A stretch of 64,000 nucleotides of DNA from Lama guanicoe (taxonomy: Eukaryota): assembly GCA_013239625.1 (NCBI GenBank), contig MU057356.1:23749182-23813181 (forward strand), read 5' to 3'. A program made the position numbers and the translations under genes. Positions within the stretch are counted from its first letter, which is position 1. Every line of letters starts with the position of its first letter. Under the pieces are notes generated by a model, which did not search any database, was not told the origin of the DNA, and saw only the letters and a list, made by a program, of their open reading frames with translations. This document shows positions 23,930 through 37,100 of this stretch, piece by piece.

Positions 23930-24880
23930 GAGAAATTAAGGGTGTATAATGTAATTCTCAGAACAACCACTAAAAACTAATGCTAGAGGCATAGTCAAAA
24001 ACCAACAGATAACATAAAATTCTAGAAACTACTCAGTTAGGCCAAAAGAAGGAACAAAGGATGAAGAGAGGAACAAAAAATCAGAAGGGACAAACAGAAA
24101 ATGGAATAATAACAAACTGAAAGACCCATAATCAATCTTATCATTAAATACACTAAATGTTAACAGACTCCCTAAAAAGAAGACGCTGTCAGCATGCATT
24201 AAAAACAAGACTGACAGAATTGTTAGGTTGTCAGTTATCAAAAACAACAATAAGAGAAAATAACAAGTGCTGACAAGAATATGAAGAGACTGTAACAAGT
24301 GCACATAGCTGATAAGAGTGTAAAATGGTACAGCTGTCTTGGAGAACAGTTTGGTGAATCTTCGAAAAGTTAAACATAGAATTACCATGTGACCCAGCAA
24401 TTCCACTCCCAGGTATGTATCCCAAAGAACTGAAAGCAAGGACTCAAATAGATACTTGTGTGCCAATGTTCAGTGCAGCATTATTCACAACGGTCCAAAG
24501 ATGGAAATAACCCAAGTATCTGTTGACGGATGAATGGATAAACAAAATATGGTATAAACGCACAATAGAATATTACTCAGCCTTAAAAAAAGAACAGAAT
24601 TCTGCTATTGCTACAACATGGATGACCCTTGAGAACATTAGGCCAAGTGAGATAAGTCAGTTACAAATGAATGAACACTGTATGATCCCATTTATACGAG
24701 ATACCTGGAGCAGGCAAATTTAGAGAGACAGAAAATGGAGTGGAGGTTACAGAGGCTGGGGGAATGGGGCAGGATTGTTTAATGAATACAGAGCCTCTAG
24801 GAGGATAAGAAAGTTCTGGAAATGGACAGTGGTGATGGTTGCACAACTCTATGAATGTCCTTAGTGCTACTGCACGGCAC
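23930..24880 (+). mobile_element. L1 fragments: inter-ORF/ORF2-start piece (about 23930-24215) followed by an L1MB-type 3' end (about 24220-24880)
   Basis: acactaaatgttaacagact (EN start-like), catagaattaccatgtgacccagcaattccactcc, gaaagttctggaaatggacagtggtgatggttgcacaac. Confidence 0.85.
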
Positions 24881-27800
24881 ACTTGTCCTGGAACTCTGGT
24901 GTGAAGGGTCACAACCAGGCAGACCTGCTGCAGCAGCTCCGGCCATGCTGTGCTTTGTGCAGGAAAGGCGATGGCTCTGCTCCAGGTCCCTGAGACAAAG
25001 AGGAGGCCCTCTGTATCACATACACATTCCTCCACCAGAGGTTATTTATATCCTTCCAAAAAGGAATTTGAGGTGGCACACAGCAAACGACCACAAATAA
25101 GGGGAAAGTGCGATGACTGGGACCAGCAAAGGCTGAGGAAGCAAATGGAAGTGAACACAGCTGCCGGGGCTGAGTCTCCACTTACTCCTGAGCTTCCTGG
25201 CAGCCAAGACAAAAATGAATGATCTCCTGCCAGAAAGTACAGGGCATTCCAGTTTCACTAGGGAGACAATGTGTTTTTGGCAACAGATGCGAAAAGAATT
25301 TAGGTGCAGGGGACTTCATCTGCAGTGTGAAGCAACGTGATTGCTAGTTTCTTCAGCCAGTTTCACACCTATGCAGATTTCACATGGTTTCTTCTGATCC
25401 CAACCATCTGTGGAGTGGCCCTTTGGACTCGGTGTGGCCACAGGGCTCCACTGTTCCGCCCACTTCCCTCACCCCATCTGCTGCCCGCCGCTGCCAGCGA
25501 CTGCATCTCCTGCCTTGGCTGTCTTTTCTAAGTGAAACTTTCCCCAGTTAGACTTCTGAGAGGAGCTGGAGAAAAGACAGTTCAGGTTATAATTCTCCAA
25601 TGAGACAGAACCCATGTACCTGGGTAATCTGGAAAGGAAGTCAGAGGACATTGCTGGCTGTGAAAATTAAGCCTGACCAGCATGCCTGCTCAGTTCAACA
25701 CACACGGGTGGGCCAGGCTGGTCTTCTGCCTTCTCTCCCAGGATCAACTAGGCCTGTCCCCAGGGCTGTCCACAATACGCTACAGCACAGTTGGTTCATT
25801 GTGAATCCAGTGTTAAAGACTGTCTCTACTTGTTCTGAAATCCCCAGAAAAACCCTAACCTGAATAAAAATACAGCTCAACAGGCTGGGTGTTAGAAATA
25901 TTCCCCTGGTCCTCTGATTCCAGTAGCGTGCATTTACTAGAATGAATCTGCTCCAAAATATAGTCCCAGCCTCAAATGTACTTACTCCTGGGGCTTGGCA
26001 TTCACTTCACAGTTAGTGGCAGTGGTTCACTGCTTAGTTCGGAAGCCCTGCATTCTCTTCCTCATAACGGCTTTTTTCAAAGCTTTGCCTTAAAATCTCC
26101 TTTTCCAGGAAGCCTTCCCTGATTACCTATTGTTTCATACTCACTACTTTCTTTGAGGCATCATATTCCCCGTAATTACTTATTACCTGACACACGGACC
26201 CTACAAAGCCTGGCTCTGGGGAGCAGGGACGCTCACTGTTCATCCATCCTCGTGTTCCCAGATGCTCACGGTACTGGACGCAAAGTAGTGCTTGATAAAG
26301 ACCATATGAGTTGAATGTGTCAAAGAAATTAAACATTTTTCTAAGCCAACTTTACAAGGATCAAGTTTTAGCCTGCTCACTGACCAAATCCTCAAATCTA
26401 AGACCTATCATGTGGCATACCATACCCTGCTGAAGAGGAGGAAAGCTCTCAGTGAAGGTGGATCCCTGAGGTGGCAGGTTCCCCCAAAGTTAGAGATAAT
26501 AATAGCGACAGTGAACTTCAGCCAGCCTGAGAAACAGAAGCGTCTGTAAGCCCACAGTGAACGGTCTCAAAGCCTTACCTGGTGGGGTGCAGCAGGTCAG
26601 GATACAACCGCACCCCATGGCCTTCCGCGGGCTGACACACACCCCCCAATTGCTGTTCTGACTGCACACGTTGTGTCCTGCAAAGCGATTCAAGTGAGGA
26701 AAGAACTACAGGCTCTTTCCGCATCAGGACAGACGTTCTGCTAAGAGGCAGGATGTGACACCCCAGGGATGTAACAGCTTGGACCCTGCTGTGGCTGAGC
26801 CAGGAGGGCTGTTGCTTTCCTGTCAGCAGTGCCCTCCACTCTGCACGCAGCAAGGCCCTCCCTAACTCCAGCAAGGAGTCAGCAAAGCCAGGACAAAACA
26901 ACAAAAGATGACAGAGCAGACTAGCTGACTTTCAGGTCTAAGTGCCAAGGAGAGGATGGGAGGGTCTGAGGGGAAAGGAGTAAGACGAAATCCATGAAGT
27001 TACAGCTGTGTCATGCACGCAGTACCAGGGTCTACTGAAGACAAGACGATTCATAAAGATGAGGTTTTAACGTCAAAGCATCCCAATATCACCAGTAATG
27101 GACAAACTGACACCATGAATCTCTATGAAAAGCCTTCAAGATCATTCTGTACCTGTACCTCTGAGAGGTTGTCCTGAGGAGACAGAGGTGCATTTAGAGG
27201 ACAAACTCCAGCCCCACTACTGTACCTCCAAGGCCCTCCACCATCGGTCCCTGCTCAGCTCTCGGGCCTCACCTCTGACCACTCTCCCAGAGTTCACTAA
27301 CCTCCCGGCCAAGGGCCTTCCTCAGAGCCTGGATTGTCGGTCTCAGCTCAAGAGGCAGGCTGTCTCTAGCCCTCGACAGTGGCCACTGCCAACACACAGG
27401 TGGCCCTCAGTCCCAGTCCCGGACCCCGTGGCTCTGACAGTGGGAGGGGTGGGGGAATTTTCAAAGCCATCAAGAGAAGGGGTAAGATGTGCTTCTGGCA
27501 TCCACATGTATCAACAGAATCTCCTCTCACACAAACAGGGTCCACGGCGATGTTGGGGCTGTAGCATCACTGGGGAGGTCCCGTACTTTATTTCCATTAC
27601 AGATGAAATAGGCTTTCAGAGGCTGGTCTGGAAAGCTAACACTCCTTTATGACGCTGGTTTTAAGGGAAAACATGTCATGAGTTTCAGACAATCAAAAAA
27701 CAATCCAACCTGAGGAGACAGGGTCTGCTTAGAACATAAAGACTGATTGTCCTAGAAAAGCAGCTCATGAATCCCCACGGTCATGGAGCCCATTCTGAAC

Positions 27801-29294
27801 CAACGTGGTGGATCAGTGCCTTTCCACACCTGCCTTACACCCCAACCTCTTCGCGGGGCTGGAGAATTATTGAAAAAGAGAGTCTGAGGCAAAAATTCCA
27901 AAGTAACACAAAGTGAAGTGAAGCAATAATCTCTCCTGCTCGCAAGCGTGGCTACTAAGGAAAGTTCCAGAGTGGTTTTGAGTGGCTTCCTCAGCCACTC
28001 GGCCCTGTTAACGTTCAGACAGACCTTGTCTGACCAGCTCGGATCCCTGCGAGGAAGCAGACGGTCACCTTAGAGACGCCTCTGTGAATCAATGTTCGAA
28101 ACTTCCAAGGCTTCCTTCCCCAGGCTTGGCTCTCAGGGGTGACCAACTTCGCCAATCTTCCGGGAGGAAGAAAGCTGCCCAGTTAAATTCAGGAGAAAGA
28201 AAAAAACCACACAGGGCTCGGCCTGTTCCATCATCTAGTCAGGGTGTGAGTGTCAGGCCTCACTTTTCCAACCTGGGGACTGGTTTCTCAAAGTTTCAGA
28301 ATTAGGTTACCAATAATCTGATTCTCCTTTAAAAATTCTCTGCTGGAGAATCACGGCCTACTCAGAGCCTCGTTTCTAACAAAAATCGAGTTTTCTCTGG
28401 ACAGGCTGCCTTCCCTTTGTAAACACTTCTCTCTCACTCTGCAGAAATCGTTTTTGGAGAAGGCAGGGCTGTCTTTCCTGGCCCGCACCCCCTTCTCCCT
28501 ACTGGGAGGGGCTGCTTGACAATTTGGAACATTTCTCCTGAAGCCATTAAGCTTCATGAGCCATTAAGCCAGGAAAATCTGGCTTTAACGTTAAACATAT
28601 TTCATAGTCACAGCCGTGCCAAAGAGCCAGGTTTCATGTGTAAATTCTTCCTTGGTTGTCCTCCAAAAATTACGCATGAGGAGGAAATCTCTATCTCAGT
28701 GATCACACCAGCAAGCATGGTATCATATGCTTCCTCTCATCCCTCAGGGTGCAACAGTTCAGCACTGTTCAGTTCCCCAAAAGCAAGAATGTCTCACCTA
28801 AAACAAGAAGAGATCGCAAAATTCGGGAGCAGAACCCATCACAGCCTGTGCAAAGGTCCATCAAGTCACAGGTTTTGTTTGCTTTACAGACAGCTGTTCC
28901 AGACAAGCTTTGCTGTTGCATTAACAGAGCTGGGAGGACAGCCTGCTAGGGAGTGCACCCTGCACATACTAACATGCGTGACGCCATGCTGAGCCATCTC
29001 ACATATCTGGGCTCGGCTCTACTGCAGCCCACCACAATTTGTTCTAAGAGTGCTGTTTCTAAGATGGAGATCTGCAAAGTCTCGATTAACAGCAAACACC
29101 CCACTATTAAGCCAGGTGCTGTGATCACACAGCTGCTCCCTAATTCCACCGCCAGCACCACAGACCTCAAAGGATGGCAGTAAGTGGAGCGCACCAACCA
29201 CAGGCACCTTTCACAGCTTAAGCAGAGGGGGGTAAAGGCAAAGCCACCTGGAGAAACACCGGGAGCAACAACAAAAGCAACTGCTGAGCTGAAC

Positions 29295-29450
29295 AGCCTT
29301 GGACAAGTGACTTGCCCTCTCTGAACTCTGTCATCCCAGTTTTACGGATGAGGAGATTTACAAGGTCTTTTTCAAGGGTGAGGAACGAACACGAGGATGC
29401 ATGTAAAATACTCAACACAAAGTAAGCATGCAACGCATATCAGCTATGAT
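29295..29450 (+). mobile_element. MIR SINE fragment
   Basis: ccttggacaagtgacttgccctctctgaactc ... atgcatgtaaaatactc. Confidence 0.65.
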
Positions 29451-30399
29451 ATCCAGGCTCCCTTTTAATTAGAACTCTCTGCCAAGTTGAAGAAATAAAA
29501 ATCCCAAGCCATAATTCCTACCTTATCTTTGTCCACTTAATTACCTTTATTTTACAAACGATTATGTGACCAGGTTTGAACAGAGGTAATGCAATTTATT
29601 TTAAGATGAAGTGTGACAGCACTGGGACCTTTCTCCTTCAAATGATGGCTTAGGTAAGTCAAAGCACTTTCTAAATTGCTGGTTTACTCCTCCAGGCTCT
29701 GAGGACAGTGCTGGGGGGAGCCAGTTTCCTGAGGAGACAGCCTGGCTCTGATGGGTGGGATTTGAAAACAAAAGGAAAGTGTTTTTTGATGAAGAGAATA
29801 CTCCTGTTATCTTAAATGGAGATCAGCAAACACACTGCAGCGAACTCTGCATATAAAATCCAGCTCAAGAAAACCTCTGGGTTGCTAATGCAGGTTTGCA
29901 AACATAGCAGGCATAATGAAATGGCTGCTTTTTAATGATTTCCTATAATGGCGTTTATAAATGGAAGCTTTTTCCCTACTGAAGCAATTTAATCGGAAAA
30001 TGGCAAAGGAGTCAGAAGAGGCAGCCGTCCAGTTCCGATGAACATGCAGGAAGTGGGCTTCGCTGGGGCCTCGGCTCCTCCTGCTTGCTGTCCCCAGTGT
30101 TTTCCCTCCAGGGGACCTGGCAGGGGCAGGCCCTGTGTCCACAGCACTCTCCTCCTGCCCCCTGCTCTTCGCTTGCATTGCCCCACTCATCCTTCAGCTT
30201 TGTACTTAGCTGTGACTTCTGGCAGAGTCTTCTGATGCTGCCGCCCCAGGATGTCACTAGGGGTCCCTGTCCACCTCGAATTGTGGTCCCACTATTAGTC
30301 AGCCCCTGTTTCCTTGTCTGCATCTTCCAAAGATGGTGTTCACTGCTCCTCACATGGCTGGGCACCCTCTGTGGGTAGGCGCTGTTACGTTGGTAAACA

Positions 30400-30870
30400 G
30401 GAACGCCCAAGTCCCTGCCTGCATGGAGCCTGCACTCTAGCGAGACAGCCTGATAAACGACTGGTAATACGGAAGGAAATAAGTGCAAACGTGTGGTATC
30501 ATCAGGTAGTGCTAAGTGCTATGAAGAAAAATGAAGCAGGGAAGGGAAGGGCGCATGCAGTGTGAGAGGAGTGAAAGCTCTCGGACTCCACCAAGGTTGG
30601 GAAGGCCTCTGCCGAGAGAGGTGCACGAGAAAGACACGCGTGGGTTTTCGGAAAGCGCGCTCCACGCAGAAGCAGCAGTGGACATGGAGACCCCGAGGCA
30701 GGAGAAGCTGGTCAGGCCTCAGGGGCAGCGAGGAGGCCAGCGTGGCCAGCGCTGGGAGAAAAGCAGGGATCACCAGGGAAGACAAGGCTTCTGGTGGAAG
30801 ATGCCAGGTTCTGCAGGGCCCTGCAGGCCAGGGTGAGGAGTCAGGATTTCACTCCGGGGATGTGGGGTTT
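30400..30870 (-). mobile_element. L2 fragment
   Basis: gtccctgcctgcatggagcctgcactctag, gtgctatgaagaaaaatgaagcaggg, gaggccagcgtggc. Confidence 0.7.
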
Positions 30871-31829
30871 GAGCCTGGGAGTACAGCCATCTAACTCCAG
30901 AGTCTGCGACTCACATCCCCAGTCCCCAGCACAGCTCCCAGGGAGGTGCTGAATAAATGAGTCAAGTCTCCTACTGTGGGCAGGGAATCTACCCAGGCAT
31001 TGGGCGACAGACAGGGTCCCTTCTCCCCAGGAGCCCAGTCTCACTGGGAAAGACACTACTATCAGCTGTACTGAACGTGTTACTGAGGGAAAGGGTGACA
31101 ATAAATGACTTGAGATGAACGATCTGGGGAAACAGAGTCAGCTCACAGGGCAGACAGGTGGATACCAGCTCCTGTTGGGGGAGTCCAGGCTCCAGATGCT
31201 CCCTTTGCGGCAAGAGCCCTGAGAAGTCCTGCAGTGAAGACACCCAGCCCACTTAGTGGGTCTGCCCTCCATTCTCCATGCCTATTTGATTAAGAAACTT
31301 TGTTGGAGTTGGGTTATTTGCTGAATTTCATAAAAAACAATTTCAGAGACATAAATGGAGGGATCAGTGCAGGAAGGTCTCCTTGCAGAGACTGGGCACC
31401 TCTCAGCTGCTTGTACTCATCTGACCCCTGAAGGCAGAGTCCAGAAGCCAGGGGCTGCTAGGGTGAGAGATTATGATGCTGGTGTAACTCAGCATGTAGG
31501 ATGAGGGCCCAGGGCGGGGCTGGTCGCAGGGGTTTGTGGGTGCTGTAACTTAAGGCCCTGGGTTGGGGTTCAGGAAATAGTTTCAGCCTGAAGCCAAGAC
31601 CCCAGGCCTGGGAGACATAGCCACTCCTCAACCCATTTCTGTCTGGCTCAAGCTCTCAGTGACTTCAATGTCATTAAATCCATCTTATCTAGCCTTAGCA
31701 GCAATCCATCCCGCTGACCCCCTGTTCCTTACTGCCCCTTCTCTGTCCCTCTAGCGTCTGAACACCTCTCTCCACCTTTCCTTTCTGCAGCTTTAGCTGA
31801 TCGATTAGTGGATGGGTTGGTGAATCGCT

Positions 31830-32120
31830 TTCACTCATTCATTCCAACAAGTATCTCTGAACACACACTCTGTGCCAGGCCCAGTGGTGGGCTCTGGAGA
31901 GGTTCTAGTAGATAAAACAAACATGTTTCTGCCCAGTAGGGCTTAGTGGGAGAGTCAGTCAAGTAAAGAAATACAAATACAGCATTTAAAATTTCATTGT
32001 GATGTAAGAAGGAAACAAATGGGGCAGCAACAGAGTCAGCACAGGGACATGCACAGACTGTCACTCACAAAATGCTTTTGGAGGAGATGCATTTAAACGG
32101 AGACTGAAAAGCTGAGAAGT
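31830..32120 (-). mobile_element. L2 3' end
   Basis: tcactcattcattccaacaagtatctctgaacacacactctgtgccaggc. Confidence 0.7.
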
Positions 32121-32149
32121 GCATCTCTGCCACGAACTCCCATTGGTGG

Positions 32150-33130
32150 TCCTCAAGGCTTAGTCTCCAGCTCTCTGCATTTCTCACTCTATACACCCAC
32201 TTCCATAGTTCCAGTAACTGTGTGCAAACACCCTGATGTCTCCCAACTGATTTTCTTCAGCCCAGACCTCTTTTGGCTTATGTATACCTACTGCCTTCTC
32301 CACATCTCCACCCAGATACCTCCAAATGGCTCAAACTTATGCCCAAACAAAACATAAGATCTCCACCCTCCCCCAAGCAAAACAAAACAAAATTCAAAGC
32401 AAAACCACCTTGTCCTTTTTCTTTTTCCTTTGCTCCCATATTGGTGATTGGTCCCACTGAGCAAATCAGACAGTTATGGGTCACAGACACCCACATATAC
32501 CTACCTCCTCCTTCACCCTCTATTTCCAATCCTCCAGCAGATCTTGCCAATTTTATGCCTTTTCTATACCTGCCTGCTTTTCTATGTCTCAGCTGCCACC
32601 ACCCTAATCCTAGCAACAATGTTGCCCACCTAGAAATGAGTCTGCAAGTTTCCTAGCTGGCCCTTTCACCCTTGATCTACTGATTTTCTTCACTACAGAA
32701 TGACTGATTCCAAATGCATATCTCATCATCTCATCCCCCAATCCCCGAACTATGAAAATCATTTAGTGGTTTCTTCTGGGTCTTTGAACAAAGGTCAGAC
32801 TCTCTAACATGATCTATGAGATCTTGCATGGTCTGGCTCCTGCCTACTTCTCTGAGGCTCCATCTCACACCTCGGGGCCCTCCACAGCTGTTTCCACCTC
32901 TTTGACAGCACCCTCCTCCTGAATGCCACTTCCTCTTTCACTTACTCAGTTTCTACTTATCTTCCAGATCTCAAATCAAATGTCACTTTCTAGAGGAAGC
33001 TGTCCTCCTTTGATAGACTGTCATGGTACTATGTTTCTTCACGTTACAGCACTTATATAGGTTTATAATTAAACATAAATGTTTAATCTTTGATTAAAGT
33101 CTCCCCAATGAAATTTAAGTTCTGTTGTAC
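32150..33130 (+). mobile_element. L2 fragment
   Basis: cagcccagacctct, atctcaaatcaaatgtcacttt, catggtctggctcctgcctac. Confidence 0.7.
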
Positions 33131-34048
33131 TGTATTATAATTACTCTTCCTTCTCATTCTTTTCCCATTATTCCTGTAAGTGAACATTTCCTAAGACATG
33201 GTGCCTCTCCCTCTTTTGACTCCACTCTTTCAGCCAGAGGGATCTCCTTATCTCATAACTTCAAAGCCTTTATCTTCAACCCCAATCTCTCCAGAGATCT
33301 AGTTAAGCATCTCCAAGTAGACCAGGAGTTTTGCAACACCTCGACTGCAACCCACAACTGGAACATTTCATTTGGCTACTATATGTACACATGCAACAAG
33401 TTAAGTTTCATCAGACAATACTGTCACTCTATTTTTTCCTATTTGATTTCATTTAAAAATGTTTAATTTTTTCATATGATTTCAAGACCATTAAGGGGTC
33501 ATGACGTGCAGTTTAAAACACACCATACCAACACGCTGTACCAGATATTTTCATGTGGACATTTCTTTACCACCTCAAACATAACATCTATGTCCCAATG
33601 CATTTCTCAACCAAACCGCCTTGCTAAGGAATATGACCATTCTCTTAGTCACTCAGGAGGAACGTGTTAGAGTCACTGTGGATTATTCCCAATGGCTAAA
33701 ATCTATTGGTTTCTCCACTGCAATGTGTTGCCACTTACTTTTCCATTCCTGCTGTTACTGTAACAGGTTTTACTGTAACTTTTTAACTGCTTCCCTACTT
33801 GCAGGAATCTTCAAACAGAGCAGACATATGTTTGAATCACAAACATCAAGGCAGAAAGTGAATTCAGCTCTTTGGTTCCATGTTGACCAGCAAAAGAGTA
33901 TGCAAAGAATTCGAACGGACATGGCTTCGTCTGCTCAGCAAGCTCTTTGACCAATGAAATTTTAATTCAGGCTGCCTTACGTTTCTAAAGTTCCCATTAC
34001 AATCCAGAAACCGAACTCCAGCTTTGAAGAAATGGCAGACAGACTCAC

Positions 34049-34191
34049 CCATGTCCGCAGTGACCATGGTGGACTGGTTTTCGGGGATGGAGACAGAGGT
34101 CTGGTCTTGGTCTACACTGCGAGAGTCCTCGTTGACCTCATGTTGGCTCTGGCTGAGTTCTGATCGCAGTTCTGAGTATTCATCTTCCTCC
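34049..34191 (-). CDS. MCC: MCC coding exon, 143 nt, phase 2-1: EEDEYSELRSELSQSQHEVNEDSRSVDQDQTSVSIPENQSTMVTADM
   Basis: Lies within ORF 33864..34232(-). Acceptor ccttttttt-ctcag, donor TGG|gtgagt. Confidence 0.97.
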
Positions 34192-37100
34192 CTGAGAAAA
34201 AAAGGAGCGTCAGTCTCCGCTGACAGAGACATAAGACAAATCCCTAGAGAGTATGTCTTTTAAGGACAAGAAAAAGACATTCAGAAAGAAAACAGAGGTT
34301 TCCTCTCCAGGCCACATGGACCAGGATTCCTTTCAGGCCAAATAGATGGTCACATTTATGGTCAGTGGTTGAAACTCAAAGTTTACTTCTGTGTCCACAT
34401 ACCTACTTGTACACCAAACAAGATTCATCTATCAGTCAAATAGAAACTTTTCCCCTTCAGAGACTTCCCTAAAGAAATCAGATCTCTTCACCCCCTCAAA
34501 CACCCAGGTGAAAAAGAACTGAGACTCCCAGCACCGAGGCCACAGTGAGCAGGACAGTTGAGAATATGGTGGACAGGAACGGCTCATCCCACCACCACCA
34601 GAGTCCCAGCAGTGGGCTTTCTTCTGGAAAGAGGACATAAGAGTGTTGAAGCTGGAGCTACTGGAAAACCAGCACCTTGTCTGTGCACATCAGAACAGAT
34701 CCTCTGAGAGGTACAGGGGTCAGCATGTCTGAGAAACACCATACCTACTTTCTGCAAAGGAAGTAAGTGAAGTTGAGGGATAGGGGAAGAGAGTAGGGTG
34801 GGGAAAAAAATGGAATCACTGAGAGAACACCACTCAGTGGTCTACTTCCTTCAATTTGCACCTGCGAGCGGGAAGACGACATTTAAATGCAGCCATGTTT
34901 CATCTGCACAAGCACACCCACCCACTCTCAGCCCGTCATGGGTCCCTCAGCCTCTGGTCTCCAAGGTCTCTGAATCAGCTACGAGCAAGCTAAGAGAACT
35001 GAATATTGTCATGTGTATTTCAAAGCACACGCATACCTCCTCCCACACCAGTACCATTGATACACACACAATGGATGTAGACATGGAGAAGGCAAAAATT
35101 AACCCTCTTTGAAGCATTTCTTTGGCAAGCGAGCCAAAAAAGGAAATTGTCAGGGAATTTAATTATGCGGTTGCAAAGTCCATAGGTGTCTGCTTAGCCC
35201 CAGTGGGAGGGTATCTGTGAAGAAAGGTAGGAAGAGAAGAAATTCGGCCTGGCATTCACTTTAACTTGGTGACAACCGTTGGGGCAGAAAGTCCACAGTT
35301 TTGGGTTCCGGATAGAAAAATTCTACACCAGGATGGTTAAGTGGTGATCACTGGAACTTGGGGAAGAGGCAACTGCCCTTTTAAGCTGGGGAGATACATG
35401 TGAAGAAGTCTCCAGAGTTCTTGGTTCTCTCAAGAAATCAACATCCTCCCAGGGAAGGAATTCAGCTGAGCCCCTGAGGCATTTCTAATAAAAGCCACCC
35501 AGAAATCTGGGAAGACTTTAAATAGATATAAAACCCCCAGACATGCAAAATATGAATTAGAATGGGAGTGGTGAAGGCAAAAAATATAGGTTAATGTTCC
35601 ACGAATCAGTTAATTATTAGACACCTGCAAAGCCAACGATAATTAGGTTTAGGAAAGAAAACAATTAAAAAGTACTCTTAAGAGTCACCTTTTTGGACTA
35701 GAGGGTAATTGTGCCCTGATACATCAGCTCTCCTTTCAATCAGCATTTAAAATTCCGATTTTAGTTAATGGGAGATTTTGTGTATGATGAATAAATTACC
35801 TTTGTTGCATAGCCAATGTAATCAGCCTCAGCTTGGCTGAGACTGTTTTACAGCCAAAAAAAAAAAAAAATCTAGATAAATGCTGCTGCTGTATCCCTTG
35901 TATAAATGGCATTTGTAAAATCTTTCATATCCACCTTAAACCCTCTTGGCTTGGCAGGTTCCAAAACATATAGTGCCTGCCAGATCTCCTGCTTTGTAAG
36001 AAATTATTTCATTAGGATGGGCTTTTATAAAGGAGTGAATAGGGAAGGGGTGGGAGAAGGAAGCTGCTGATTGTGGGAAACATTCCTTCCTGAGGTCAGA
36101 GCACAGTCTGAAGAATTACACCACACTAGAAATGTCACCTTAGGCAGAAGGCTTTCAGTGTCATGAAATGCCGAGTAAGGATCCTCATTCAATGTACCTG
36201 AGCAACAAAACAAGGACAGAAAAGCAAAAACCAAATGGATGCTGTCTTCTGGGAGTCACATAGGTTCAAAACTAATTCTAATCTAAGAAGGATGCTGCAA
36301 GTGGACACAGCAGGAGCTTCTGGGGCTGCAGGGGGCAGTGACCAGGAAGACTTCCTGCATGGAGCACCACTAAAGAGGAATCTTCTCAAGGCAAGCAGAT
36401 TTTAGACAGGTCACGAGGGTGGAAGGGCACATGGACAGTCTCAAAGGATCCCATGGACAGGAACGTGAACTTGAACAGGGACATACGGAGCTTGGGGAAG
36501 AGTAGGAGGCTGGAGATAACAGAAACCAACATGGCACATAGGATGGAACCCCAAGGCTGAAGGAGCACTCAGCCACTTGCTGAGTGGGCAATTTCGATCA
36601 GAAGGACAATTTATTGCATTGAAGAAGGCAAACAATCAGGGTTAGATGGTAGAAATAAAGAAAAAAATGTATGAAATCTAGAAATTCAGAAGGAGTAGTG
36701 TAGTCAAGATCTTGTATGGAAACATAACTAAGCAAAAGGGAAGTGTAGACGGCCTGTGTTCTTGGCCCCGCAGGGAGGGGCCGAGCTGAGCACGCACCCT
36801 CCCCGGTTAAGGTTCCTCCTTAAGGTTATCATAATGAATGTTATAGGACAAGCACACAAAGTAAACAGTAATGAGAGGTAGAAAGCAACCTTGTGAGAAG
36901 GTCAGGCGGGGTTTTGTGTCACAAAAAATGAGGTATAAAAAGGTTCAACTGAACCTTAATATTAGAAAGTTTGTACAACCGTTTCTCCCACTGACTTTGG
37001 TCAAAAGTCTTGGAGCTGCATATCTTTCTCATCTCCTGAACCATTACTGGCATCATTCCTGAAAGGAGGTTGGACTCTGGGACTGGGGAGTGATGAAAGC

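Noticed and set aside
26575-26904. Minus-strand ORF ending at a CAG|GTAAGG donor-like site
   Set aside because: The acceptor is unclear, the peptide is unrecognisable, and the flanking MCC exons already join in frame.
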